From assembly GCA_963644945.1 (NCBI GenBank), contig CAVIQK010000003.1, positions 54,401 through 118,400 on the forward strand: a DNA stretch of 64,000 nt. The letters are read 5' to 3'. Every line of letters starts with the position of its first letter. Positions within the stretch are counted from its first letter, which is position 1. The position numbers and the translations under genes were made by a program. The notes under the pieces are model-generated. The model made no database searches, was not told the DNA's origin, and saw nothing but the letters and a program-made list of their open reading frames with translations. The stretch is from a bacterium. Its GTDB lineage: Bacteria; Bacillota; Clostridia; Christensenellales; DTU072. Below are positions 46,321-55,974 of the stretch, in pieces.

Positions 46321-47685
46321 ATGCAACACATTGATATTAAACAAGTATTACACGACACATCCCTTATAGGAAAAACCATCACCGTATGCGGATGGATAAG
46401 AACAACAAGAGACAGCAAAAATGTTCTGTTCTACGAACTCAACGACGGAACATCTCTCAAAAACCTTCAAGTTGTATTTGAAAAAGAGAGTTTTCAAAAC
46501 ATAACGGTTGCAGCATCTCAAAAATTAGGTGCAGCCGTCATGGTCGAAGGCACATTGAAAGAAGGATTCGGCACTCAATCGGTAGAACTCTCTTGCGAAA
46601 AAATAGAAGTTTTAGGCGAATGCCCCGAAACCTATCCCCTCCAAAAGAAACGTCACACCTTAGAATATTTGCGTACAATTGCCCATCTACGTGGACGTAC
46701 CAACACGTTCTCTGCGGTGTTTAGAGTAAGAAGTGTCCTTTCAATGGCAATTCACGAATTTTTCCAATCTAGAGGATTCATATATGCCAACACTCCTATA
46801 ATCACCGGTAGCGACTGCGAAGGTGCCGGAGAAATGTTTAGAGTGACGACTCTTGCCCCCGGGGACAAAGATTACAAAAACGACTTTTTCGGTAAAAAGG
46901 CAGGTCTTACCGTTTCCGGACAACTAGAAGGCGAAGCCATGGCTATGGCATTTGGCAAGATTTATACATTCGGTCCCACATTTAGAGCCGAAAACAGCAA
47001 CACCCCTAGGCATGCCGCAGAGTTTTGGCAAGTAGAACCCGAAGTTGCATTTGCCGATCTATACGACATAATTGCCCTTGCAAGAGACATGATCAAGTAC
47101 ATAATAAAACGTACAATGGACCTTTGCCCCGATGAATTTGACTTTTTCGAAAAGCACTACGAAGCAGGTCTAAAAGAGAAACTTCTCAACGTCGTCAATA
47201 GCGAATTTGTCACGCTTGACTATACCAAAGCCGTTGAAATTTTGGAAAAGAGTGGCAAAAAATTCGATTATCCCGTAAGTTGGGGTATGGACCTCCAAAC
47301 CGAACACGAGAGATATATTGTTGACGAAGTATATAAATGCCCCGTATTTGTAGTCAACTACCCCAAAGAGATCAAGTCCTTCTATATGAAGCAAAATCCC
47401 GACGGAAAGACCGTTGCCGCAAGTGACTTGCTTGTCCCGGGAGTCGGCGAAATCATCGGCGGTAGCCAAAGAGAAGACAATTTTGATATTCTTGACAAAA
47501 GAATCAAAGAACTCGGCATGAATATGGACGATTATTGGTGGTATATGGATTTACGTCGTTTCGGCTCCACACCTCACTCCGGATTCGGTCTAGGTTTAGA
47601 GCGTATGATCATGTACGTTACCGGTATGTCCAACATAAGAGACGTCGAATTATTCCCCAGAACAACAGGAAATCTTGAATTTTAA
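46321..47685 (+). CDS. asnS: Asparagine--tRNA ligase
   Basis: Start at ATG 46321 (MQHIDIKQVL). OB-fold VCGWIRTTRDSK, motif 2 GPTFRAENSNTPRHAAEFWQVEPE, GGSQRE, and motif 3 HSGFGLGLERM. Confidence 0.9.
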   Translation: MQHIDIKQVLHDTSLIGKTITVCGWIRTTRDSKNVLFYELNDGTSLKNLQVVFEKESFQNITVAASQKLGAAVMVEGTLKEGFGTQSVELSCEKIEVLGECPETYPLQKKRHTLEYLRTIAHLRGRTNTFSAVFRVRSVLSMAIHEFFQSRGFIYANTPIITGSDCEGAGEMFRVTTLAPGDKDYKNDFFGKKAGLTVSGQLEGEAMAMAFGKIYTFGPTFRAENSNTPRHAAEFWQVEPEVAFADLYDIIALARDMIKYIIKRTMDLCPDEFDFFEKHYEAGLKEKLLNVVNSEFVTLDYTKAVEILEKSGKKFDYPVSWGMDLQTEHERYIVDEVYKCPVFVVNYPKEIKSFYMKQNPDGKTVAASDLLVPGVGEIIGGSQREDNFDILDKRIKELGMNMDDYWWYMDLRRFGSTPHSGFGLGLERMIMYVTGMSNIRDVELFPRTTGNLEF

Positions 47686-47687
47686 TT

Positions 47688-50081
47688 ATGAATAAATACA
47701 ACCCTAAAGAGATAGAAAAAAAATGGCAAAAATATTGGTATGACAATGCCGTATTTGAAGCAAAAGAAGATCCGTCAAAACCCAAGTTTTACGGACTTAT
47801 CGAATTCCCTTACCCCTCAGGAAACGGACTTCACGTAGGCCATATCAGAGCCTTTTCCTCAATGGAATTTATATCGAGAAAAAGACGCATGGAAGGTTAT
47901 TCCGTCTTATTCCCGATAGGCTATGACGCATTTGGACTTCCTACCGAAAACTATGCAATCAAAACAGGCATCCACCCGAGAATAGTCACCGACCAAAACA
48001 TCAAAAAATTTGAAGAACAATTAAAAACAGTCGGTTATTCGTTCGACTATTCCAGAACAATCGACACGACCGACCAAGATTATTACAAGTGGACTCAATG
48101 GATCTTTTTACAACTTTTCAAAAGAGGCCTTGCATACAAATCAAAAACCTTCGTCAATTTTTGTCCCACTTGCAACGTAGTCCTTGCCAACGAAGAAAGC
48201 CAAGGCGGTGTTTGTGATAGATGCGGTAGCAAAGTCGAGCAAAAAGAAAAGGATGTATGGTTCCTAAAAATAAGAGAATATGCCGACAGACTACTAAAAA
48301 ATCTTGACGGACTAGATTTTCCGGAAAGAGTCAAAACCGAACAAGCCAACTGGATAGGCAAAAGTGTCGGCGCAGAAGTCAATTTTACATTGACCGACGG
48401 CTCCGAAAACCAACGTCTTACCGTATTTACTACAAGGTGTGACACACTTTTTGGTGTCACTTTCTTAGTCATGGCACCGGAGCATCCCGCAATAGACAAA
48501 TTCAAAGACTCTATCAAAAATATCGGCGAAGTCGAAAAATATAGACAAGAAACCAAGACTAAAAAAGAATTCGACCGCATATTTATGAACAAGGAAAAGA
48601 CCGGAGTAAGACTTGACGGAGTATATGCAATAAATCCCGTTTCCGGCAAAGAAATTCCTGTCTTTATAGCCGACTATGTAATGATGGATTACGGTACGGG
48701 CGCAATTATGGCAGTCCCTGCACATGACGAAAGAGACTATGCGTTCGCCAAAAAATTCAATCTTCCCATTATAGAAGTTATCGAAGGCGGAGATGTCGAA
48801 AAAGAAGCCTATGTTGCAAAAGACGGTGGCAAACTCGTCAACAGTGATTTCCTCAATGGTCTTTCGGTAAAAGATGCCATCAAAAAAATGATTGCATATT
48901 TGGAAGAGAAAGGACTAGGTCACCAAAAAGTCGATTTCAAAATGAAAGACTGGGCGTTCAACAGACAACGCTATTGGGGCGAACCTATACCTATTATAAA
49001 TTGTCCCCACTGCGGACAAGTGCCGGTTCCGGAAGAAGATCTTCCCTTGACACTTCCCAAAATTAAAGACTTCAAACCGTCCCAAGACGGAGAAAGTCCT
49101 CTCGCAACCGTCGATGAATGGGTGAATTGCACATGCCCTAAATGTGGCGGAAAAGCAAAAAGAGAGACCGACACCATGCCTCAATGGGCAGGGTCGTCAT
49201 GGTACTATCTCCGTTATATGTCCCCTAAATGCGACACCGCTCTTGTCGATCCCGAAGCCTACAAATATTGGGGGCAAGTCGATTGGTACAACGGTGGAAT
49301 GGAACACGTCACCAGACACCTTATTTATTCGAGATTTTGGAATATGTTCCTATACGATATAGGTGCCATATCCCACGAAGAACCTTACAAAAAACGTACC
49401 GCTCAAGGACTTATTTTAGGTGAAGACGGCGAAAAAATGTCCAAATCTAAAGGCAACGTCGTCAATCCCGATGACGTCGTCAAAGAGTACGGTGCCGACA
49501 CTTTGAGAGTTTTTGTCTCATTTATAGGAGACTATGGCCAACCTGCTCCGTGGTCAACCGACGGACTAAAAGGCTCTTGGAGATTTATCAATAGAGTATG
49601 GAACCTAATGGATATACTCGGCGACAACGTCGATACAAGCGATCTTAATTTGGACGTTTTGATAAAAGGCGTATCCGAGGATTATGAAACCCTCAAATTC
49701 AATACCGCGATAGCAAAACTCATGACAGCCATAAACGTTGTTTACAATAGAGGCAAAGTATCGAAAAACGAATTAAACGTTATTCTAAAACTCCTCTACC
49801 CTATAGCCCCTCATATCACCGAGGAGATGTATTCTTTGACCAACAACGGAGAAATTTTGTCCAAAACCGAGTGGCCCAAGTATGACGAGAAAAAACTTGT
49901 TTCTTCGACCGTAGAACTCCCCGTTCAAATAATGGGCAAGGTCAAAGGAAGAATAACGGTGTCCCCCGATGCAGACGAAAACGAGATCTACGATGCCATA
50001 GAAAAGGTGGGACTTGCACAGCGAGAAAACGTCAAAAAACTTATATACGTCAAAGGCAAAATTGTCAATTTGATAATATAG
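47688..50081 (+). CDS. leuS: Leucine--tRNA ligase
   Basis: HIGH box PSGNGLHVGH, KMSKS box KMSKSKGN, a CP1 editing domain, and zinc-binding Cys pairs (CPTC...CDRCG; CPHCG...CPKCG). Length 797 aa. Confidence 0.95.
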   Translation: MNKYNPKEIEKKWQKYWYDNAVFEAKEDPSKPKFYGLIEFPYPSGNGLHVGHIRAFSSMEFISRKRRMEGYSVLFPIGYDAFGLPTENYAIKTGIHPRIVTDQNIKKFEEQLKTVGYSFDYSRTIDTTDQDYYKWTQWIFLQLFKRGLAYKSKTFVNFCPTCNVVLANEESQGGVCDRCGSKVEQKEKDVWFLKIREYADRLLKNLDGLDFPERVKTEQANWIGKSVGAEVNFTLTDGSENQRLTVFTTRCDTLFGVTFLVMAPEHPAIDKFKDSIKNIGEVEKYRQETKTKKEFDRIFMNKEKTGVRLDGVYAINPVSGKEIPVFIADYVMMDYGTGAIMAVPAHDERDYAFAKKFNLPIIEVIEGGDVEKEAYVAKDGGKLVNSDFLNGLSVKDAIKKMIAYLEEKGLGHQKVDFKMKDWAFNRQRYWGEPIPIINCPHCGQVPVPEEDLPLTLPKIKDFKPSQDGESPLATVDEWVNCTCPKCGGKAKRETDTMPQWAGSSWYYLRYMSPKCDTALVDPEAYKYWGQVDWYNGGMEHVTRHLIYSRFWNMFLYDIGAISHEEPYKKRTAQGLILGEDGEKMSKSKGNVVNPDDVVKEYGADTLRVFVSFIGDYGQPAPWSTDGLKGSWRFINRVWNLMDILGDNVDTSDLNLDVLIKGVSEDYETLKFNTAIAKLMTAINVVYNRGKVSKNELNVILKLLYPIAPHITEEMYSLTNNGEILSKTEWPKYDEKKLVSSTVELPVQIMGKVKGRITVSPDADENEIYDAIEKVGLAQRENVKKLIYVKGKIVNLII

Positions 50082-50095
50082 AAGTAAACAAAAAT

Positions 50096-50122
50096 AAAAG
50101 GCTCCGCATGGAGCCTTTTTTA
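50096..50122. terminator. Bidirectional rho-independent terminator between convergent leuS and 50120..51028
   Basis: AAAAGGCTCC-GCAT-GGAGCCTTTTTT forms a perfect GC-rich stem flanked by A- and T-runs. It overlaps the stop codon of the minus-strand gene. Confidence 0.75.
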
Positions 50123-51028
50123 TTGTTCATCGGTCAAATAACCATCATAATTTGTACTGAAATCAAGATCTAATTTGTCTAGTTTTTTGTCCTTCGTTTC
50201 GACAAAAACCGTCATATATTTTATGCCTTTTTGAATGGCATCATTGTACTGCTCTGCCAAAGTCTTGTCGGCTTTTATCTCGCCTTTGGTGTTTATCGGA
50301 TAAGACATGCGAGATTGGTTCCCGAGATCCCACTCCGGCGGAATAGGGTATTTTCTATATCCTGCGGTAAAAAGATGAGGAGAAGACAAAACTTTTTCGG
50401 CAATCACCGAAATTCCCGTTTTTAGAAAACATCCTTTTTGAAGAAGTCTTGTAAAAAGATTCCATGCGTTTACCGCAAGGCGAGCATCTTTTTCGCTAAA
50501 ATCAAAATTAAAAGACTCTTTGCAAGTGGTGTTATAAAAATCAAAAGTCGCCTTTACTATATCTTTGTCCCACGAAAAAAGTTTGACGGCAGGGTAAGAA
50601 AATTTTCCGAATCGCTTGTCGGCGGTATAAGCATCCATTTCGGTTTCGACAAGCATGTGGACATTTCCTTTATAACTTTCGCTTACATTAGGGGCGACCT
50701 TACTTTCTTGTGCGAAGAAAATATAAGGATGCAATGACGAGTCCAAAACGTAGTGTGTCAAAAATCCCAATACGAAAGCATATTGCGAAGGCTCCAAATC
50801 TTTATTAAGTGCTTCGTTAAAACTTTTACCTACATTTTTTTGATGGACAAAATCTCCGTATTCTCTTTTCTTTTTGTCGGACGAAAAATTTAGTCCATAC
50901 AAAACATCTCCGCCCATTGATCCGAAATAATAAAATTTTTCATATCCCTCAATGTGCGACCTAACAGTTTGTGGCAAAGAATCAAAAAGTTTTTCCGCAA
51001 AAACATAATGTGTAAGAGCGTTGGGCAT
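50120..51028 (-). CDS. Zinc-dependent phospholipase C-like family protein
   Basis: N-terminus MPNALTHYVFAEKL and the His-rich block VLGFLTHYVLDSSLHPYIF are typical of this family in Firmicutes. No signal peptide. Confidence 0.5.
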   Translation of the reverse strand: MPNALTHYVFAEKLFDSLPQTVRSHIEGYEKFYYFGSMGGDVLYGLNFSSDKKKREYGDFVHQKNVGKSFNEALNKDLEPSQYAFVLGFLTHYVLDSSLHPYIFFAQESKVAPNVSESYKGNVHMLVETEMDAYTADKRFGKFSYPAVKLFSWDKDIVKATFDFYNTTCKESFNFDFSEKDARLAVNAWNLFTRLLQKGCFLKTGISVIAEKVLSSPHLFTAGYRKYPIPPEWDLGNQSRMSYPINTKGEIKADKTLAEQYNDAIQKGIKYMTVFVETKDKKLDKLDLDFSTNYDGYLTDEQ

Positions 51029-51069
51029 AAATTACTCCTTTGGTGTCCCAAAACAAGATTTTAGGGACA

Positions 51070-51798
51070 CTAATCGTTGATTATTTCGACATCGTCGGCG
51101 GTAATTGTTTCTCGTTTTCCGTCGAAGTCCGCTAGCAAAAATCCTTCTTCCGATAGCCCGATTGCTATCCCGACTTTATCTTTCACCCTTATTTTTTTGC
51201 CGACGGTTGCAGATATTTTCTTATAACTTTCCAAGACTTTTTCGTAATATTCTTTTTCTAGCAGGAATATTTCCTTTATTATTTTTGCAACAACTTCTTC
51301 ACGTTTTGCACTCACTGCTTGCATCCTAAGAGTCGTGGCGATATCTTTTATCTCGGTTATATCGTTTTCTATGTTTAGCCCGATTCCGAGAATCAATGCG
51401 TTGGTCTTCGGAGTGCATGCATACTCGCATAAAATACCGCATATTTTTTTATTGCGAACAAGCACATCGTTAGGCCATTTCAACTCGGATTTTACTTCAT
51501 ATCCTGCCAATACTTTTTCGACAGCCATACCGGTAAGAATAACATATTTTGTTGCATCTTTCGGATCAAGTGTTCTGTTGAGTTGTAGAGTCATATAGAC
51601 TCCGCCCTTTTTAGAAATAAAATGTCTTCCGTCTTTACCCATGCCGTCCGTTTGATACTCCGCAACGACAACTCTATCGCAAGAAGAAAGAGTAGACCTA
51701 ACATAAAGATTAGTAGAAGGGCAGTTGACTACTTCTAATTTTATATCGACATTTTCTTTTTTTAATTGGTTTTTAATTTTATGTTTGTATGTACACAT
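51070..51798 (-). CDS. birA: Biotin--[acetyl-CoA-carboxylase] ligase, class I (no DNA-binding domain)
   Basis: Biotin-binding loop variant QTDGMGKDGRHFIS, LKWPNDVLV, KICGILCE, and a C-terminal SH3-like domain. At 242 aa it has no N-terminal wHTH. Confidence 0.8.
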   Translation of the reverse strand: MCTYKHKIKNQLKKENVDIKLEVVNCPSTNLYVRSTLSSCDRVVVAEYQTDGMGKDGRHFISKKGGVYMTLQLNRTLDPKDATKYVILTGMAVEKVLAGYEVKSELKWPNDVLVRNKKICGILCEYACTPKTNALILGIGLNIENDITEIKDIATTLRMQAVSAKREEVVAKIIKEIFLLEKEYYEKVLESYKKISATVGKKIRVKDKVGIAIGLSEEGFLLADFDGKRETITADDVEIIND

Positions 51799-51799
51799 A

Positions 51800-52267
51800 T
51801 CAATCGTCCGTACTCAAATTAAATTTATTCATCGTAGCCTTTATATCGCTATAAGAAAACCCTCTCGAAACCAATCGTCTAAAAAGTCTTTCTCTTAGTT
51901 TTTCGTCAGGTTTTCTGTTTTTCAAAAACTTTTCCGCAACCGCATAACAACTTTCTGCTTCGTTTTCGATATCGCCTAAATATTTGTCGATGATCTCTTG
52001 CGAAATGCCTTTAGAAGAAAGTTCTTGCCTTATACGTCTTTTGCCTTTGGTTGTAGAATTCATCTCAATATATCGTTTTGAAAATCTGTCGTCATCGATA
52101 AATCCGTATTCTTTGGCTTTTTCGACGGCAGTATTTCTAGATTCGTAATCGAATCCTTTTTCTTTCAGTTTGATTCTAATTTGCATTTCTGTGCGATCGA
52201 ACTTATCCAAATAATCTAAAATATATTTGTAAGCCCCGTCTGCATCAAGTTCATATTTTTTTGCCAT
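51800..52267 (-). CDS. recX: RecA regulator RecX
   Basis: 155 aa of three-helix repeats (AYKYILDYLDKFDRTEMQIRIKLKEKGF; AVEKAKEYGFIDDDRFSKRYIE; RIRQELSSKGIS; LVSRGFSYSDI). Confidence 0.8.
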   Translation of the reverse strand: MAKKYELDADGAYKYILDYLDKFDRTEMQIRIKLKEKGFDYESRNTAVEKAKEYGFIDDDRFSKRYIEMNSTTKGKRRIRQELSSKGISQEIIDKYLGDIENEAESCYAVAEKFLKNRKPDEKLRERLFRRLVSRGFSYSDIKATMNKFNLSTDD

Positions 52268-52391
52268 AAAATAATTTTATCACGATTTGAGAAAATTGTA
52301 AATGTCATAGGTAAAAATAGATTTCAAATGTAATGTCAAAAATCTTGAAATTGCGCAATAAAAAAGCCGTAAAACTTTCGTCTTACGGCTT

Positions 52392-52468
52392 TGGCGCGCC
52401 ATGAGGAGTTCGAATCCCCAACCTTTGGTTCCGTAGACCAACGCTCTATCCAGTTGAGCTAATGGCGC
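52392..52468 (-). tRNA. tRNA-Arg (anticodon ACG), CCA encoded
   Basis: Minus-strand read GCGCCATTAGCTCAACTGGATAGAGCGTTGGTCTACGGAACCAAAGGTTGGGGATTCGAACTCCTCATGGCGCGCCA. Anticodon stem TTGGT/ACCAA with loop CTACGGA. Confidence 0.9.
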
Positions 52469-52636
52469 ATATTGATTTTTGCGAAAAATATTATAGTCAA
52501 TGACTCCGAGTTTTGTCAACTAATTTTTATATTATGGCGGATTTCTTTTGATTTTCCTATTTTGATATAAAATATCAATACTACATTATAGACAAAAAAG
52601 AAAACTTTTGTTATAATAATTTTTTGTTGGTGCCCA

Positions 52637-53008
52637 ATGTTAGAAATATTACCTATTATCGACGAAAACGAAAAAGAAAAAGTCTTTTCTTCCGTAAATT
52701 TGCCCGTTCCTAAGTGCAAAGTCTTTTTTGCGCTGATAGAAAACGGCAAGATTATAGGCGGAGCAGATTTGTCGATAGGAGATATTTCACACATAAAATC
52801 AATAGCCGTCATTCCCGAAGAACAAAACAAAGGGAACGGAGATTTTTTCACAAGAGCCCTTATATTCAAATTGCAATCGGTGTCCGATGAAGTGGTCATC
52901 GATTACGAAAACGATTATTTTTTGAGATTCGGTTTCAAAAAAACAGACGGCAAAATGACAGCAAAAAAAGACGAAATATATTTCCCTCACGATTGTAAAA
53001 AGGAGTAG
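52637..53008 (+). CDS. Small GNAT-family N-acetyltransferase
   Basis: 123 aa. Motif A-like IKSIAVIPEEQNKGNGDFFTRALI and the C-terminal YFLRFGF. It ends 3 nt before glnS. Confidence 0.55.
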   Translation: MLEILPIIDENEKEKVFSSVNLPVPKCKVFFALIENGKIIGGADLSIGDISHIKSIAVIPEEQNKGNGDFFTRALIFKLQSVSDEVVIDYENDYFLRFGFKKTDGKMTAKKDEIYFPHDCKKE

Positions 53009-53011
53009 AAC

Positions 53012-54652
53012 ATGGAATACGAAAGCAACAATTTTATCGAAGACATTGTCATAAAAGACATTGAAGAAGGTCGCATAGAAGCCCCTTACACGAGATTTCC
53101 TCCTGAGCCCAACGGTTACCTTCACGTAGGACATGCCAAGAGTTTGAACATAAACTTTGGCATAAAACAAAAATTCCATGGAAAATGCAATTTACGTTTT
53201 GACGATACCAATCCCACGAAGGAAGACGTCGAATATGTCGAAAGCATCAAAGAAGATATCAAATGGCTCGGCTACGAGTGGGATAAAGAACTATATGCAT
53301 CCGATTATTTCGGTCAAATGTTCGAATATGCCGTCCTCCTAATAAAGAAAGGCCTTGCCTATGTTTGCGATTATTCTGCAGACGAAATAAGAGACACCAG
53401 AGGCACCCTTACCGAAGCAGGCAAAGAGAGTCCTTGGAGGAATCGTTCGATCGATGAAAACTTAAAACTTTTTTACGAAATGAAAGACGGCAAATATGCC
53501 GACGGCGAAAAGGTTTTGAGAGCAAAAATTGACATGGCATCCCCCAATATGAACATGAGAGATCCCGTCATTTACAGAGTGCTTCGTGCTCACCATCACC
53601 GCACCGGTGACACATGGTGCATTTATCCCATGTACGATTTTGCTCACCCGATAAGCGATGCGATAGAAGGCATAACCCACAGTATTTGTACCCTAGAATT
53701 TGAAGACCATCGCCCCTTATATGATTGGGTGGTAGATGCATGCGGTTTTGAAAAGAAACCTCATCAATACGAATTTGCTCGCCTCAACATCCAACGTACC
53801 ATAATGTCGAAAAGATTTTTGAAAAAACTTGTCGAAAACGGCACCGTTGACGGTTGGTCGGATCCCCGTATGCCTACAATTTCGGGCATGAGAATGAGAG
53901 GATACCCCGCAGAAGCCCTTATAGATTTTTGCAACAGAGTAGGCGTAGCCAAAGCCAACAGCGAAGTGGATACCGCCCTTCTCGAACACTGCATCAGAGA
54001 AAATCTCAATGAAAATGCCGAAAGAATAATGCTTGTAAAGAAGCCCCTTCCCGTTGTCATCGAGAATATCCCCGAAGGCGAAACAAGGACCTTTACAGTC
54101 GAGAATATTCAAGGAAAACCCGAAAGAGGTACGCACGAAATCACGATTTCCAGACATGTCTATATAGACGAAGACGACTTCTCGCTCAATCCTCCTCCTA
54201 AATACAAGAGATGGGTGACAGACGGCATGATAAGACTACGTGGCGCATACATTTTGGAAAACGCTCGTCCCGTCCTTGACGACAACGGCAATGTCAAAGA
54301 AATACACTGCACCTACATCGAAGACAGCCAAAGCGGAGGATCCAATGCCGGCATCAAAGTAAAAGGCGTAGTCCAATGGACCAATGCAGAAGATGCAGTC
54401 GACGTAACAGTCAACGAATATGACTACCTTCTTACCCCCGTTGTTGACGGAATAGTTGACTTCAACGAAAGAATCAATCCCGACTCTTTGGTAGTGGTAA
54501 AAGGTGCCAAAGCCGAAAAATATTTACTTGAAAAACAAGAAAACGACAAATTCCAAGCAATGAGAGTAGGGTACTACAAACTAGCAAAATTGTCGGGAAA
54601 AACTGCGTTAATGTACAGCATCGTCAGTTTGAAAGACAGTTACAACAAGTAG
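53012..54652 (+). CDS. glnS: Glutamine--tRNA ligase
   Basis: RFPPEPNGYLHVGHAKS (HIGH box) and IMSKRFL (KMSKS box). Class I GlxRS core with a C-terminal beta-barrel anticodon-binding domain. The 546-aa length and the NFIEDIV...YTRFPPEPNG start are typical of GlnRS rather than GluRS. Confidence 0.92.
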   Translation: MEYESNNFIEDIVIKDIEEGRIEAPYTRFPPEPNGYLHVGHAKSLNINFGIKQKFHGKCNLRFDDTNPTKEDVEYVESIKEDIKWLGYEWDKELYASDYFGQMFEYAVLLIKKGLAYVCDYSADEIRDTRGTLTEAGKESPWRNRSIDENLKLFYEMKDGKYADGEKVLRAKIDMASPNMNMRDPVIYRVLRAHHHRTGDTWCIYPMYDFAHPISDAIEGITHSICTLEFEDHRPLYDWVVDACGFEKKPHQYEFARLNIQRTIMSKRFLKKLVENGTVDGWSDPRMPTISGMRMRGYPAEALIDFCNRVGVAKANSEVDTALLEHCIRENLNENAERIMLVKKPLPVVIENIPEGETRTFTVENIQGKPERGTHEITISRHVYIDEDDFSLNPPPKYKRWVTDGMIRLRGAYILENARPVLDDNGNVKEIHCTYIEDSQSGGSNAGIKVKGVVQWTNAEDAVDVTVNEYDYLLTPVVDGIVDFNERINPDSLVVVKGAKAEKYLLEKQENDKFQAMRVGYYKLAKLSGKTALMYSIVSLKDSYNK

Positions 54653-54680
54653 TCAAAAGGCGGTTTTATCAAAAAAGTAA

Positions 54681-54709
54681 AATTACCCCTTGAAAATTAT
54701 CTTTTTATA
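54681..54709 (+). promoter_or_regulatory. Putative sigma-A promoter of operon B (TTGAAA - 17 nt - TATAAT)
   Basis: TTGAAA at 54681..54686 and TATAAT at 54704..54709. The leader contains the palindrome TGCCGATATCGGCA and a GAGGAG Shine-Dalgarno. Confidence 0.55.
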
Positions 54710-54768
54710 ATATATAATATAAAAAGCAACAACATGCCGATATCGGCACCCATGTGAGGAGATAAGTA

Positions 54769-55971
54769 ATGGCGGTTTGCAAACAATGCGGCGCAGTCAA
54801 TGATGACGACAAAAAGTTTTGTTCGGAATGCGGGCACGAACTCAATGCGTTCGATCCCAAAGCCGTGCAACATGCACTTGATACCGTAGAGAAAGAATTT
54901 GAAAAAGATATGAGTATCGGTCTTGATAAATCGAGACTGACTTTTATTTGTGATGTTTGCGGAAAAGTCAACCCCATCGATGTTCCCGGACATCGTTGTT
55001 CGAGATGTGGCAAAAAAATGCCTCGCAACACTTACGTCAAAGCACTTAAATCTATCAAAAATTCTCCCAACTTTGCAGAACCCGTAGTGACTATTCCCGA
55101 AGAACCCAAAGTTGAACAACCCGCACAACCTGTTGTCCAACAACCTCAAGTGCAGGAATGTCCTCAATATGTCCAACCGTCGTCTGCTCAACAAGTCTAT
55201 CGTATGACCGGCAGACAAAATCCCCCACAACAAAACAGCCAAATAGTCCAACCTTTTGTTATTGTTCCTTATGTATCTCAAAACCAACCGGTTTTGCAAT
55301 ACAACCCCAATTCGGTTTATCGCTATCATAAATTTACAGAGGAAGAGAAGAGAGAGAATCTCGAAAACTTGGCAAGAATCGAAAAGGCTCAAGAAGAGGA
55401 AGCCAAGAGAAGAGAGGAAGAAGAAAGACTAAGAAGAGAAGCGATGTTTGCAAACCAAACACCCACGAAAAAATCTAATGTTAGAGTTTGTGCGGTATTT
55501 TCCTTGTTGTTTGCGGCTATCGTTGCATTCGTTCTTTACGGAATGCCTAGCATAATGCCCGGCGGATTCGCTATCTCCGGCAATCAATTTTTATTTAATT
55601 TTGCAGACGGCACCAACCTCGTAAGTGTAATTATGGCGCTTATCGACGGTACGGGAAAATTCCCGACGGCTACGATAGAAATAGCACTCTTTGTGTGCCA
55701 ATGTCTGTTTGCACTTACCGTTTTACTCGCAATTATTCAGTCCCTCGTTAGACTTATAAAGAATAGCGCACGTCCCGCAGGCGTGATAATACCGATTGTG
55801 TCTTTACTTTCGGGACTCGCCTCTTATGGCGTATATGCATGTAAGTCGGGTGCATTCGATGTCAATGCCTTGACAGGAATTTATCCGCAATCTTTGGTTT
55901 GTGCCGTAATGATGGTCGTTATGCCGATAATTCTCATTATCACAACGGCAAGTGCGAGAAAAAGCAAATAA
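54769..55971 (+). CDS. Operon B module-bearing membrane protein (400 aa): two zinc ribbons, P/Q linker, conserved VPY module, charged helix, 4 TM
   Basis: CKQCG...CSECG and CDVCG...CSRCG. The module IVQPFVIVPYVSQNQPVLQY is at 55243..55302. An E/R/K helix follows (EEEKRENLENLARIEKAQEEEAKRREEEERLRREA), then four TM helices whose layout parallels 36691..37686. Confidence 0.7.
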   Translation: MAVCKQCGAVNDDDKKFCSECGHELNAFDPKAVQHALDTVEKEFEKDMSIGLDKSRLTFICDVCGKVNPIDVPGHRCSRCGKKMPRNTYVKALKSIKNSPNFAEPVVTIPEEPKVEQPAQPVVQQPQVQECPQYVQPSSAQQVYRMTGRQNPPQQNSQIVQPFVIVPYVSQNQPVLQYNPNSVYRYHKFTEEEKRENLENLARIEKAQEEEAKRREEEERLRREAMFANQTPTKKSNVRVCAVFSLLFAAIVAFVLYGMPSIMPGGFAISGNQFLFNFADGTNLVSVIMALIDGTGKFPTATIEIALFVCQCLFALTVLLAIIQSLVRLIKNSARPAGVIIPIVSLLSGLASYGVYACKSGAFDVNALTGIYPQSLVCAVMMVVMPIILIITTASARKSK

Positions 55972-55974
55972 TAT

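Noticed and set aside
52280-52519. 79-aa minus-strand ORF.
   Set aside because: It is largely made of the tRNA-Arg(ACG) gene (52392..52468) read as protein, so it is not a CDS. The overlapping 52516..52899 minus ORF was also rejected in favour of the plus-strand GNAT gene that abuts glnS.
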